64,000 nt of DNA from a bacterium (GTDB taxonomy: Bacteria > Verrucomicrobiota > Kiritimatiellia > CAIKKV01 > CAITUY01). The stretch is taken from the NCBI GenBank assembly GCA_037132275.1, contig JBAXPK010000005.1, forward strand, positions 3,122 through 67,121. The letters run 5' to 3'. How positions within the stretch are numbered: the first letter of the stretch is position 1; each line of letters starts with the position of its first letter. A model generated the notes under the pieces. That model was not told the origin of the DNA. It made no database searches and saw only the letters and a list, made by a program, of their open reading frames with translations. Below, in pieces: positions 44,345 through 52,791 of the stretch. Position numbers and translations under genes: made by a program.

Positions 44345-46750
44345 ATGAAGCCAACATCATCAGGTTACACAAGCTCCATGAAGGCGGATCTTCATGTGCA
44401 CAGTAAGTATTCCGACCGGCCGACCGAATGGTTTCTGCGGCGGATCGGTGCGCCGGAATGTTTTGCCGAGCCGGAGGATGTGTATCGTGTCTGTCGGGAA
44501 AAGGGGATGGATTACGTTACCATATCGGATCACAACTGTATTGACGGAGCTCTTGAAATCGCCCATCTTCCGGGTACCTTTATCTCGGCGGAGTTGACCA
44601 CGTATTTCCCCGAGGATGGGTGCAAAATCCATTGCCTGGTACAGGATATCACCGAGCGGCAGTTTTCGGACTTACAGATCATCCGGAAGAATATCTACGA
44701 CCTGCGGAAATATCTGGCCGATGAAGCCATCCTCCATGTTATTGCGCATCCGTTGTTTCGGGTGAACGACGTGCTGACCGTCGAGCATGTTGAAAAACTG
44801 CTTTTGCTATTCGAGCGCTTTGAAGCCATCAACGGGTCACGCCACCCCAGGGCAGGGGATTTGACTGTAGCGCTGTTTTCCCAGCTTACCGAGGAGCAGA
44901 TTTGGGCCATGTCTGACCGGCATGGAATCCAGCCCTATGGCAAGACTACGTGGGTGAAACGTTTCACGGGAGGCAGCGATGATCACAGTGGTCTATACGC
45001 CGCCAGCGCTTATACGGTCACCCCCCCTGCCGATTCGGTGCAGGAATTCCTGGCGCATTTGCGTGCGGGGCGTCATGAACCCCGTGGAACTCCGGGCACC
45101 AGTTTACGCCTGGCACATAGTCTCTATCACATCGCTTACCAATATTATCGCAGCCGCCTTTTGAACCATGGGGCGGGATCCTCGGTACTTGGCGAATTAT
45201 TTAAGCGCCTGTTGAGCGGTTACGAAGAGCCGGAAAAAACGTCCGGGCCGGTCCGCGCCTGGGCGGAACGGGTCATCAAGAAATATCGTGTCCGAAAACT
45301 GAGTCCTGGGGAGCGGTTGATGGTGGAGTCATTTTCGAAATTGCGTGGGAATTCGGCTCCGGGTGGAGGATTGGTAGGTCGGCGTGTGGGGCCTGACGTC
45401 GAAAACTTTGCCACGGCCAGCCGGATCAGCCACGAACTCGGGTATGCGTTCCTGCAACAATTCCTCGGTCATGTGGAGGAAGGACGCCTGGTTGACGGAT
45501 TCCAGTCGCTGGCGTCGATGGGCACCGTGATGCTGGGGATCGCCCCCTATTTAACGGCGTTCGGGGTTCAGCATAAGGACGAGCGATTTCTGCAGGAAGC
45601 CGCCACCCGTCTCGGGGGAGGTCTCGTCTGTCCCGAGCGCAGTCATCGTCGCGCGTGGGTCACGGATACCTTCAGCGATGTGAACGGGGTGTCCCACACC
45701 ATCCGGATGCTCACTGAAAAAGCCCGTGGCCGCGGCTGGCCCATCACCGTCATGACAGCCATGGAATCCCCGCCCGACACCGGGACGGAAGCGGTCAATT
45801 TTCCTCCTTTGGGAACGTTTTCCCTGCCGGAGTATGATTCCCAAAAAATGGTATTCCCTCCCTTTCTGGATGTGATCGAAGCCTTGGAGCGGGGAAACTA
45901 TTGCGAGGTGATCATCTCGACTCCCGGCCCCATGGGGTTGACGGCGTTGATGGCCGCTCGACTTTTAGGCATCAAGTCTGCGGGTATCTACCACACGGAT
46001 TTTCCGAAATATGTCAAGTGCCTCACTCAGGATGAGTCGCTTGAGCAACTGGCCTGGAGATACATGGTGTGGTTTTATGGACAGATGGATCGGATTCATG
46101 TCCCGAGCGAGTATTACAGGAATCTTCTGGCCGAAAATGGCTTTGACAAGGCCCGGCTTAAAGTGTTGCCGAGAGGTGTGGATCTGACCCGTTTTAACCC
46201 CGGGAAACGCGATGGGAATTTCTGGAAGCGATATGGCCTCAATGGGAACCTCAAATTGCTGTATGTGGGGCGCGTCTCGAGAGAGAAGAACATCAAGACC
46301 CTGATCGACGCCTTCCAGATTGCGCGGACCACTACGCCCAATCTGGATTTGATCGTGGTTGGGGATGGCCCTGAACTCGCGACGTTCCGCCATCAACACA
46401 AGGACAGCAATATTTGTTTCACGGGTGTTCTTCACGGGGAGGAGCTGGCCACCGCGTACGCGAGCGCAGACCTGTTTGTGTTTCCGAGCGCGAGCGATAC
46501 CTTCGGCAACGTGGTGCTGGAAGCCCATGCGTCCGGTTTGCCGGCCATCGTTTCAACGCAGGGTGGTCCCGCCGAGATTGTTGCGCGAAATGGATCGGGC
46601 CTTGCCGTGGATGTGAGAACCCCGGCTCCCCTATGTGCCGGTATCCGGGATCTCGTTTGGGACGGCAATCGACGGGCTGATATGGGGCGAAGCGCTTTGA
46701 AAACGGCGCTTGAGATGAGTTGGGACAAGGCTCTCGATCAATTATTCTGA
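44345..46750 (+). CDS. fusion protein: N-terminal PHP (polymerase/histidinol-phosphatase family) phosphoesterase domain + C-terminal GT4 glycosyltransferase (801 aa)
   Basis: PHP motifs 'ADLHVHSKYSD', 'ISDHN', 'HPLF' and 'GGSDDHSG' in the first ~250 aa. GT4/GT-B motifs 'LLYVGRVSREKNIKTLIDAF', 'LIVVGDGPE' and 'FVFPSASDTFGNVVLEAHASGLPAIVS' in the last ~330 aa. Confidence 0.6.
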   Translation: MKPTSSGYTSSMKADLHVHSKYSDRPTEWFLRRIGAPECFAEPEDVYRVCREKGMDYVTISDHNCIDGALEIAHLPGTFISAELTTYFPEDGCKIHCLVQDITERQFSDLQIIRKNIYDLRKYLADEAILHVIAHPLFRVNDVLTVEHVEKLLLLFERFEAINGSRHPRAGDLTVALFSQLTEEQIWAMSDRHGIQPYGKTTWVKRFTGGSDDHSGLYAASAYTVTPPADSVQEFLAHLRAGRHEPRGTPGTSLRLAHSLYHIAYQYYRSRLLNHGAGSSVLGELFKRLLSGYEEPEKTSGPVRAWAERVIKKYRVRKLSPGERLMVESFSKLRGNSAPGGGLVGRRVGPDVENFATASRISHELGYAFLQQFLGHVEEGRLVDGFQSLASMGTVMLGIAPYLTAFGVQHKDERFLQEAATRLGGGLVCPERSHRRAWVTDTFSDVNGVSHTIRMLTEKARGRGWPITVMTAMESPPDTGTEAVNFPPLGTFSLPEYDSQKMVFPPFLDVIEALERGNYCEVIISTPGPMGLTALMAARLLGIKSAGIYHTDFPKYVKCLTQDESLEQLAWRYMVWFYGQMDRIHVPSEYYRNLLAENGFDKARLKVLPRGVDLTRFNPGKRDGNFWKRYGLNGNLKLLYVGRVSREKNIKTLIDAFQIARTTTPNLDLIVVGDGPELATFRHQHKDSNICFTGVLHGEELATAYASADLFVFPSASDTFGNVVLEAHASGLPAIVSTQGGPAEIVARNGSGLAVDVRTPAPLCAGIRDLVWDGNRRADMGRSALKTALEMSWDKALDQLF

Positions 46751-46751
46751 C

Positions 46752-48470
46752 ATGGATCTCTTCATGATTGACGGGATCGGGCCCTTCTTTCTAGGGCATC
46801 CCAAGCGAACTGTAAACTGGTCCAAGATTCCCTTTTCCGCCCTGGAACGCAATGGCCATGTCAAAGCGGACGTGTTCAGGGAGATCCGGGAAGCCTTCAC
46901 CCGTTTTGCAGGCACGGCGGCCTCCCTTGGGTTCAATGCCATCTCGCTCGATGACCTGGCGCACTTGACCGACTCTTTCGCCTACCCGCCGCCCCTCCGG
47001 GACAGGATCGCCGCCTATCGGTATGAATTCGCGGCCCTTTTTGAAATTGCCCGGGCAGCGGGACTCCAGGTCTACATGACCACCGATATCTCGTTCTTTA
47101 ACCGGGAGTTGGATGAGCGACTGGGACGGGATGACAGCAAGATCATTCGGTTTCTGGGCGATGCTGTCGATGCCTTATTCCGGGATTTCCCCTCAGTCCA
47201 GGGGATTATCGCCCGTTTCGGGGAATCCGACGGACTGGATGTCCATGGCGATTTTCTGAGTCGGCAGATCTTGAGGACTCCCCGTCAGGCCCGCTGTTAT
47301 GTGGAGGCGCTATTGGCGGTGTGTGAAACCCGTCGCCGCACCCTGATCATGCGCACCTGGAGTCTGGGGGCCTATCGCATCGGAGATTTGATGTGGAACA
47401 GGAAAACCTACGAGGCGGTATTCACAGGGCTTGAACATCCCCGGTTGATTCTTTCCCTGAAATACGGGGAGACGGATTTTTTCAAATACGTTCCCCTCAA
47501 TCGCCATTTTCACGATGATTCCCGACACAACAAAATGATCGAACTTCAGGCCCGCCGCGAATACGAGGGGGGCGGGGAATACCCTTCTTTCATCGGCTGG
47601 GATTATGAGCGGTACGAAAAGGAACTGGCTTCCTGTCGCAATGTGGTGGGGGCTTGGATCTGGTGCCAGACGGGAGGATGGACGACATCGCGCCGGATTA
47701 CCTTTGTGAAGGATTCATCCCTCTGGAATGAGATCAATGTGGCGGTGACCATCAGGGTGTTCAAGGAGCACCAGGGGGTGGAGTCGGCGGTGCGGCAGTA
47801 TTGCGCCATTCATATGCCCGGTGTCCCTGCCGTGTCCCTGCTCGAATTACTCCGCCTTTCCTCTGAAGTGGTGTCCGAGTTACTATATGTGGATGACTAC
47901 GCCCGTTGTGCGGTCTATTTCAGGCGATTGAGGTTGCCTCCCCTCATGCATGTCTTGTGGGACGCCGTGTTCATCACTGATACGATGCGCATCTTTTTGC
48001 GTCACTTTGTGCGGGATTTGGAAGGGAAAATAAGTCAGGGGTACGAGGCTCTCCGCAAAATTCAGAGGATGATCGCGCTGGCGGAGGAGATGGGACTCCC
48101 TGCGGAGGGATTGAAAGCCCAGTATGCAGTCTATGAGGTTCTTGCGGTGGCGCGCGAATACTTCTTCAGGCCCGCCAATCCGGCGGTTGAAAGCCGGTTG
48201 CGCGGGCTCATCCGACGAATCCATCAATCCCCGGCGGAGAACCATTATGTGTTTGTCGTACGGTTCAACAGATCCTGGATGGGCGCCGGACTGATCCGCT
48301 TTGTTTTAAGGCATTTGCTTCGGCACCGACGGGCCTATCGTCTTGCAGATCGGCTTGTGCTGCTGCGGGTGCTGGCTTGGGTGGGGTGGGGACTCAAGTT
48401 TGTCCCGGCACACCGGCTTCCCCGGGTGGCGGTTTCGCAAGGGATGGGTCTTCGTCATTTCCTGAAATAG
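46752..48470 (+). CDS. conserved hypothetical protein (572 aa), function unknown; cytoplasmic
   Basis: Starts 1 nt after the PHP-GT4 stop (tight coupling). No recognisable family motif and no TM segment. Arg/Trp-rich C-terminus. Confidence 0.45.
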   Translation: MDLFMIDGIGPFFLGHPKRTVNWSKIPFSALERNGHVKADVFREIREAFTRFAGTAASLGFNAISLDDLAHLTDSFAYPPPLRDRIAAYRYEFAALFEIARAAGLQVYMTTDISFFNRELDERLGRDDSKIIRFLGDAVDALFRDFPSVQGIIARFGESDGLDVHGDFLSRQILRTPRQARCYVEALLAVCETRRRTLIMRTWSLGAYRIGDLMWNRKTYEAVFTGLEHPRLILSLKYGETDFFKYVPLNRHFHDDSRHNKMIELQARREYEGGGEYPSFIGWDYERYEKELASCRNVVGAWIWCQTGGWTTSRRITFVKDSSLWNEINVAVTIRVFKEHQGVESAVRQYCAIHMPGVPAVSLLELLRLSSEVVSELLYVDDYARCAVYFRRLRLPPLMHVLWDAVFITDTMRIFLRHFVRDLEGKISQGYEALRKIQRMIALAEEMGLPAEGLKAQYAVYEVLAVAREYFFRPANPAVESRLRGLIRRIHQSPAENHYVFVVRFNRSWMGAGLIRFVLRHLLRHRRAYRLADRLVLLRVLAWVGWGLKFVPAHRLPRVAVSQGMGLRHFLK

Positions 48471-48502
48471 AGGCGGTCACATTATTCTAACCAACCGCTC
48501 GC

Positions 48503-50371
48503 ATGGTTTTAACAGAAGCCGTCTATGATGACGGCATTATGCAAACTACTCATGCCCTTGACTGTCAGGTTATTCCGTCTGCCGCGTGGCCGTTGCCCGG
48601 CAGGGGAATAGCTCCAATGGCCAACCGTATTCTGGGAGGTGTTTTCCAGTTGGACAGGTTGGCCGGCCTGTATGAGGAAATCCGGGAGGACAATACGTCC
48701 CAGTCCTTTGTTGATCGGGCATTGGCCTGCCTTGACGTAAGCCACAACATTGTCCATGGCGGCCTTGAGGCCATTCCCCGGGAAGGCCCCCTTCTGGTGA
48801 TAGCCAATCACCCCTTTGGCGGAGTTGAGGGCCTGGTGTTGCTGAGCCTTCTGGCGGCCGTTCGACCGGATGTCAAAGTAATGGCCAACCAGCTGCTATC
48901 GGCCATTCCAGAGCTTCACAAGCATATGATCCTGGTGGATCCTTTTGGTGGTTCCAGGGCGACGGGAAATAATCTAGCCCCTGTACGGCAGAGTTTGCGA
49001 TGGCTCAAAAACGGCGGCGCGCTGGGCGTGTTTCCCTCGGGCGAAGTGGCGCATTTCGATTTGGCCCGAAGGCGGATTTGCGAATCCGAGTGGTCTCTGA
49101 CTATTGCCCGTCTGATGCGGCATAGCGGGGCGGCCGTGCTTCCCGTCTTTTTCGACGGGGCGAATGGCCCGCTCTTCCAGATGGCAGGCCTCATTCATCC
49201 CCGGTTGCGGACGGCAATGCTCATCCGGGAGATGGTCAACAAGACGGGCCACTCGCTGAAGGTGAGTATTGGCAGGGTTCTTCCGCATGCCAAATTGGAA
49301 ACTATTCAGGATGATGCGGAACTTACCCGTTACCTGAGGATGCGTGTCCAATTGCTCGGGCAGGTCGGGGTGGTGACCCGTATCCGGAAGACTGGGCGGG
49401 CATGGGGTGGGCGCACGGCGCCCGTGGCCTCTGCCGGAGCGGCCGGAGATCTAGCGCGGGAAGTGGCCTGGCTTTCGCCGGAACAGAAATTAGCGGAAAC
49501 GAGCGGTTACCAGGTGTATATCGCCGGTGCCAACCAGATTCCCGGCGTGCTCCGCGAAATCGCGCGTTTACGCGAGGTGACGTTCAGGGCTGTCGGGGAG
49601 GGAACAGGGCACGCCCAAGATATGGATGTATTCGACAGGTTCTACCAGCACTTGTTTGTATGGAACGAAAATAAATCAGAAGTGGTTGGGGCGTATCGCC
49701 TGGGTCTGACAGATAAAATTCTTTCCCAATTCGGAGTGGATGGGCTCTATACCAGCACCCTTTTCAAGTATAAATGGAATACGATCGAAGCGTTGAGTCC
49801 CGCGATTGAAATCGGGCGATCCTTTGTCCGCCAGGAATACCAACGCAAACATCTTCCCCTCCTTCTGCTTTGGAAGGGGATTGGCGCGTATGTGGCCAGG
49901 AATCCGAAATACCGGAACCTGTTCGGAACGGTCAGCATGAGTAATCAGTATAACGAGACCTCGCGTCAATTGGTGGCCCATTTCTTCGAGCAGGAGAAGC
50001 TCAACCAACCCATCCAATTGTCGGTGCGTCCGAGAAATCCATTAAGAATGAAAGGGACGCCTGTGGGGGACGCGAGGGGGCCTGTCTGTCGTATCCCCGG
50101 TTTGGAAGCCCTCTCCGAGATGGTAAGCGAAATCGAGGAGGATGGAAAAGGAATCCCCGTGCTGATGCGGCAGTATATGAAACTGGGGGGGCGGGTATTG
50201 GCCTGCAATGTGGATCCCAAATTTAACATGGCGCTCGATGCGCTTCTGGTGGTGGATTTGACCCGCACCGATCCCCGGTTTCTTGAACTCTACATGGGGA
50301 CGATGGCGGCAGGGTATCTCCGCCATCATGGGGTGGGGGCCAGCGAGGAAAGGCAGGCCCAATGTGCCTGA
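48503..50371 (+). CDS. OlsF-like bifunctional acyltransferase: N-terminal lysophospholipid-acyltransferase (PlsC/LPLAT) domain + C-terminal OlsB-like GNAT (Acetyltransf_5) N-acyltransferase domain; candidate aminolipid (ornithine/lysine/glycine lipid) synthase
   Basis: LPLAT motifs 'LVIANHPFGGVEG' (block I-like) and 'GVFPSGEV' (FPEGT-like block III). C-terminal ~250 aa ('YRLGLTDKIL...YTSTLFKY...IEIGRSFVRQEYQRK..LLLLWKGIGAYV') resembles OlsB/hemolysin-like GNATs. The combination equals the OlsF architecture. Confidence 0.5.
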   Translation: MVLTEAVYDDGIMQTTHALDCQVIPSAAWPLPGRGIAPMANRILGGVFQLDRLAGLYEEIREDNTSQSFVDRALACLDVSHNIVHGGLEAIPREGPLLVIANHPFGGVEGLVLLSLLAAVRPDVKVMANQLLSAIPELHKHMILVDPFGGSRATGNNLAPVRQSLRWLKNGGALGVFPSGEVAHFDLARRRICESEWSLTIARLMRHSGAAVLPVFFDGANGPLFQMAGLIHPRLRTAMLIREMVNKTGHSLKVSIGRVLPHAKLETIQDDAELTRYLRMRVQLLGQVGVVTRIRKTGRAWGGRTAPVASAGAAGDLAREVAWLSPEQKLAETSGYQVYIAGANQIPGVLREIARLREVTFRAVGEGTGHAQDMDVFDRFYQHLFVWNENKSEVVGAYRLGLTDKILSQFGVDGLYTSTLFKYKWNTIEALSPAIEIGRSFVRQEYQRKHLPLLLLWKGIGAYVARNPKYRNLFGTVSMSNQYNETSRQLVAHFFEQEKLNQPIQLSVRPRNPLRMKGTPVGDARGPVCRIPGLEALSEMVSEIEEDGKGIPVLMRQYMKLGGRVLACNVDPKFNMALDALLVVDLTRTDPRFLELYMGTMAAGYLRHHGVGASEERQAQCA

Positions 50372-50414
50372 GTTGCGTCACAGGCGAAATCGTGATCTAC
50401 GCAATCTGACAGGC

Positions 50415-50906
50415 TTGCTGGCAACGCTCGGTGTGTTGGCGACGGTTTTCGCGAAAGTTGAAATTCAGATTGAAGGAGCTGCAGGGTGGGCGGCCAACCT
50501 GCCCACATGGCGGCTTGAACACCATTGGGTGCTCGATCTTATCTGGGGTGGACGTCCTTTGACCGGGTATCACGTTTGGGTTTTTCTGTTCATGGCCCTG
50601 GTTTTTCACCTGATGTTTTTTATTCATGGCCGCTATGCCATTCGTCTTGAACTCCGGGTGCTGGGGAGTTTGGCGGTATTCTGGATATTGGAAGATTTTC
50701 TCTGGTTTGTGATGAATCCCGCCTACGGTTTGTCAAGATTCAACCCGCAGTGCATTCCTTGGCACCACCATTGGATGTTGGGTATTCCTGTGGATTATGT
50801 CGTGTATCTGGCCGTGGGGATCCTGATGCTCTGGCTTTCCATCCGGCGGCGCAAGCTGGCGTCACGCCCTGTAGCGGTTCGTGATGCCATTCCGGGGAAA
50901 TTATGA
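50415..50906 (+). CDS. small polytopic membrane protein (about 4 TM, unknown function), translationally coupled to the downstream GT28
   Basis: The track ORF (50283) overlaps the upstream gene by 89 nt, and the first in-frame ATG would delete TM1. Start placed tentatively at in-frame TTG 50415 (alternatives GTG 50433, TTG 50436). Hydrophobic, W/H-rich helices. Stop overlaps the next ATG (ATGA). Confidence 0.35.
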   Translation: MLATLGVLATVFAKVEIQIEGAAGWAANLPTWRLEHHWVLDLIWGGRPLTGYHVWVFLFMALVFHLMFFIHGRYAIRLELRVLGSLAVFWILEDFLWFVMNPAYGLSRFNPQCIPWHHHWMLGIPVDYVVYLAVGILMLWLSIRRRKLASRPVAVRDAIPGKL

Positions 50907-52024
50907 AGATCCTGATTCTCCATGCCTCGGCCGGGGCCGGGCATCGGCGTGCGGCGGAGGCCCTCGCGGCAGCCTGTCTACAGGAAGGGATTCAGCCTAT
51001 CGTGCATGACATTTTGGAATTCACCCCACCGCTCTTTCGGACCACTTATGCTGCGGGATATTTGAACATGGTGCGATCCGCCCCTGAGCTTTGGGGCTAC
51101 CTCTATTCGCTGACGGATCGGAAAAGCCAGACACCTTGGCACCGGCGAATCCGAACCACATTCAATAAGCTAAACACCAAGTCATTTGAACGCTTCCGCC
51201 GGGAACTCCAGGCGGATGCGGTGATCTGTACCCATTTTCTCCCCTTGGAAATACTGGGGCGGCGTCGTCCGAAGGACGCAGGTAAGGTGCCTCTGTTTGG
51301 GGTGGTCACGGATTTTGCGGCCCATTCATTGTGGTCATGCCCAAACGTGGACGGATATTTTACTGGATGCGAAGAGGCACGTCGGCAGTTAATTCGGATG
51401 GGCCAGCCGCCTGGACGTGCCTGGGTGACAGGGATTCCGATTTCCCCCGAGTTCGTCCCCCCGGCCGATGTCGTTAATTTGCGTATTCGCATGGGCTTGG
51501 CTCCCGATCTCCCGGTCATCCTAATATTGTGCGGCGGATTCGGTGTCGGAGCGATTGTGGATGTATTGGGTGCTTTTGCCAAAGAGCCGCTTCAGGCACA
51601 ACTGGTGGTGGTGACCGGCAATAATGAAGCGTTACGGGATCGGGCGGCCCGGAAGGCCAGGGAGTTGACGATGCCAGTGATGTTGCATGGATTCGTCTCG
51701 AATATTCATGAATTGATCGGTGTGGCCGATGTGGTCATCAGCAAGCCGGGCGGTTTGACTTCGGCGGAGGTTCTGGTGATGGGGTGCCCGCTTGTGATCA
51801 TGGATCCCATTCCCGGACAGGAGCAGAGGAATGGGGAATATCTGCTTGAAAACGGGGCGGCGGTTCGATTGGTGGATCCCTGGGATGCCCCGTTCAAGGT
51901 TTGGCCGATTCTGGAAAATCATGAACGCCGCCGCTCTATAAGTGCGGCCGCCCTACGTCTGGCCAAGCCGGATGCCGCCCGGGTGATTGTGCGGGAGGTG
52001 GCGAGGCAGGTTGGCAGAGTCTAA
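50903..52024 (+). CDS. MGDG-synthase-like GT28 glycosyltransferase (diacylglycerol glycosyltransferase; UgtP/MGD-type)
   Basis: N-terminal 'KILILHASAGAGHRRAAEAL' (MGDG_synth) and C-terminal GT28 'VISKPGGLTSAEVLVMGCPLVIM.PIPGQEQRN'. Confidence 0.7.
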   Translation: MKILILHASAGAGHRRAAEALAAACLQEGIQPIVHDILEFTPPLFRTTYAAGYLNMVRSAPELWGYLYSLTDRKSQTPWHRRIRTTFNKLNTKSFERFRRELQADAVICTHFLPLEILGRRRPKDAGKVPLFGVVTDFAAHSLWSCPNVDGYFTGCEEARRQLIRMGQPPGRAWVTGIPISPEFVPPADVVNLRIRMGLAPDLPVILILCGGFGVGAIVDVLGAFAKEPLQAQLVVVTGNNEALRDRAARKARELTMPVMLHGFVSNIHELIGVADVVISKPGGLTSAEVLVMGCPLVIMDPIPGQEQRNGEYLLENGAAVRLVDPWDAPFKVWPILENHERRRSISAAALRLAKPDAARVIVREVARQVGRV

Positions 52025-52104
52025 GGATTTACGCCTGGTTCGTCTCACCAATTTCTAACAATAAATCCGTTTCCTTTTCGCTGACGGTTGCTTACGATGA
52101 GGCC

Positions 52105-52791
52105 ATGGTCAAGAAACATATCGTGTTCGTTGAAGATGAGCCGGATATTGCCGATTTGCTTTCCTATAACCTGACCCGGGATGGGTATGAGGTTACGGGG
52201 CTTTCCAATGGGGAACAGGCGATGCAAATCATTCCCCGGAAGAAGCCCCATCTTGTTTTGCTGGATCTGATGTTACCCGGTATGAGCGGCTTGGAAATTT
52301 GCCGCTTGCTCAAGGCCAAGCCTGAAACGGCAACGATCCCCATTATCATGGTCACCGCCAGGGGCGAGGAAACGGATGTGGTGGTCGGATTGGAGATGGG
52401 GGCGGACGATTATGTTGCCAAGCCTTTCAGCATGAAGGTGCTCCTGGCCCGGATTCACAGCGTGCTTCGGCGGCGCGAAAAGGGACCCGCCAAGACAGAT
52501 GATGTGCTTAAAGTTCATGACATCATGATCAATCCCGGGCGTCACGAGGTCGTGTGCGGGAAAGCCTCGATCGAGTTGACGGCCTCGGAATTCCGGCTGC
52601 TCCATTTCCTGGCGCAGCGGCCGGGATGGGTGTTTACCCGCGAACAGATTGTAGATGGCGTGAAGGGGGAGGATTATGCGGTGACCGATCGGGCGGTGGA
52701 TGTTCAGGTGGTTTCCCTGCGGCGCAAGCTCGGGAAACGCGGGGATTATGTCGAGACGGTGCGCGGGGTGGGGTATCGCTTCAAGGAGTGA
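52105..52791 (+). CDS. phoB: OmpR/PhoB-family response regulator (REC + winged-helix)
   Basis: REC 'IVFVEDEPDIADLL...LDLMLPGMSGLE...ARGEETD...GADDYVAKPFS' and wHTH '...VGYRF'. Assignment as PhoB is by context (PiT/DUF47 upstream, PhoR-like kinase downstream). Confidence 0.7.
   Translation: MVKKHIVFVEDEPDIADLLSYNLTRDGYEVTGLSNGEQAMQIIPRKKPHLVLLDLMLPGMSGLEICRLLKAKPETATIPIIMVTARGEETDVVVGLEMGADDYVAKPFSMKVLLARIHSVLRRREKGPAKTDDVLKVHDIMINPGRHEVVCGKASIELTASEFRLLHFLAQRPGWVFTREQIVDGVKGEDYAVTDRAVDVQVVSLRRKLGKRGDYVETVRGVGYRFKE

Noticed and set aside
50283-50414. 5' extension of the small membrane protein ORF overlapping the OlsF-like gene by 89 nt
   Set aside because: The overlap is implausible and the extension is hydrophilic and Arg-rich. 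The true start is likely an in-frame TTG or GTG around 50415-50436.
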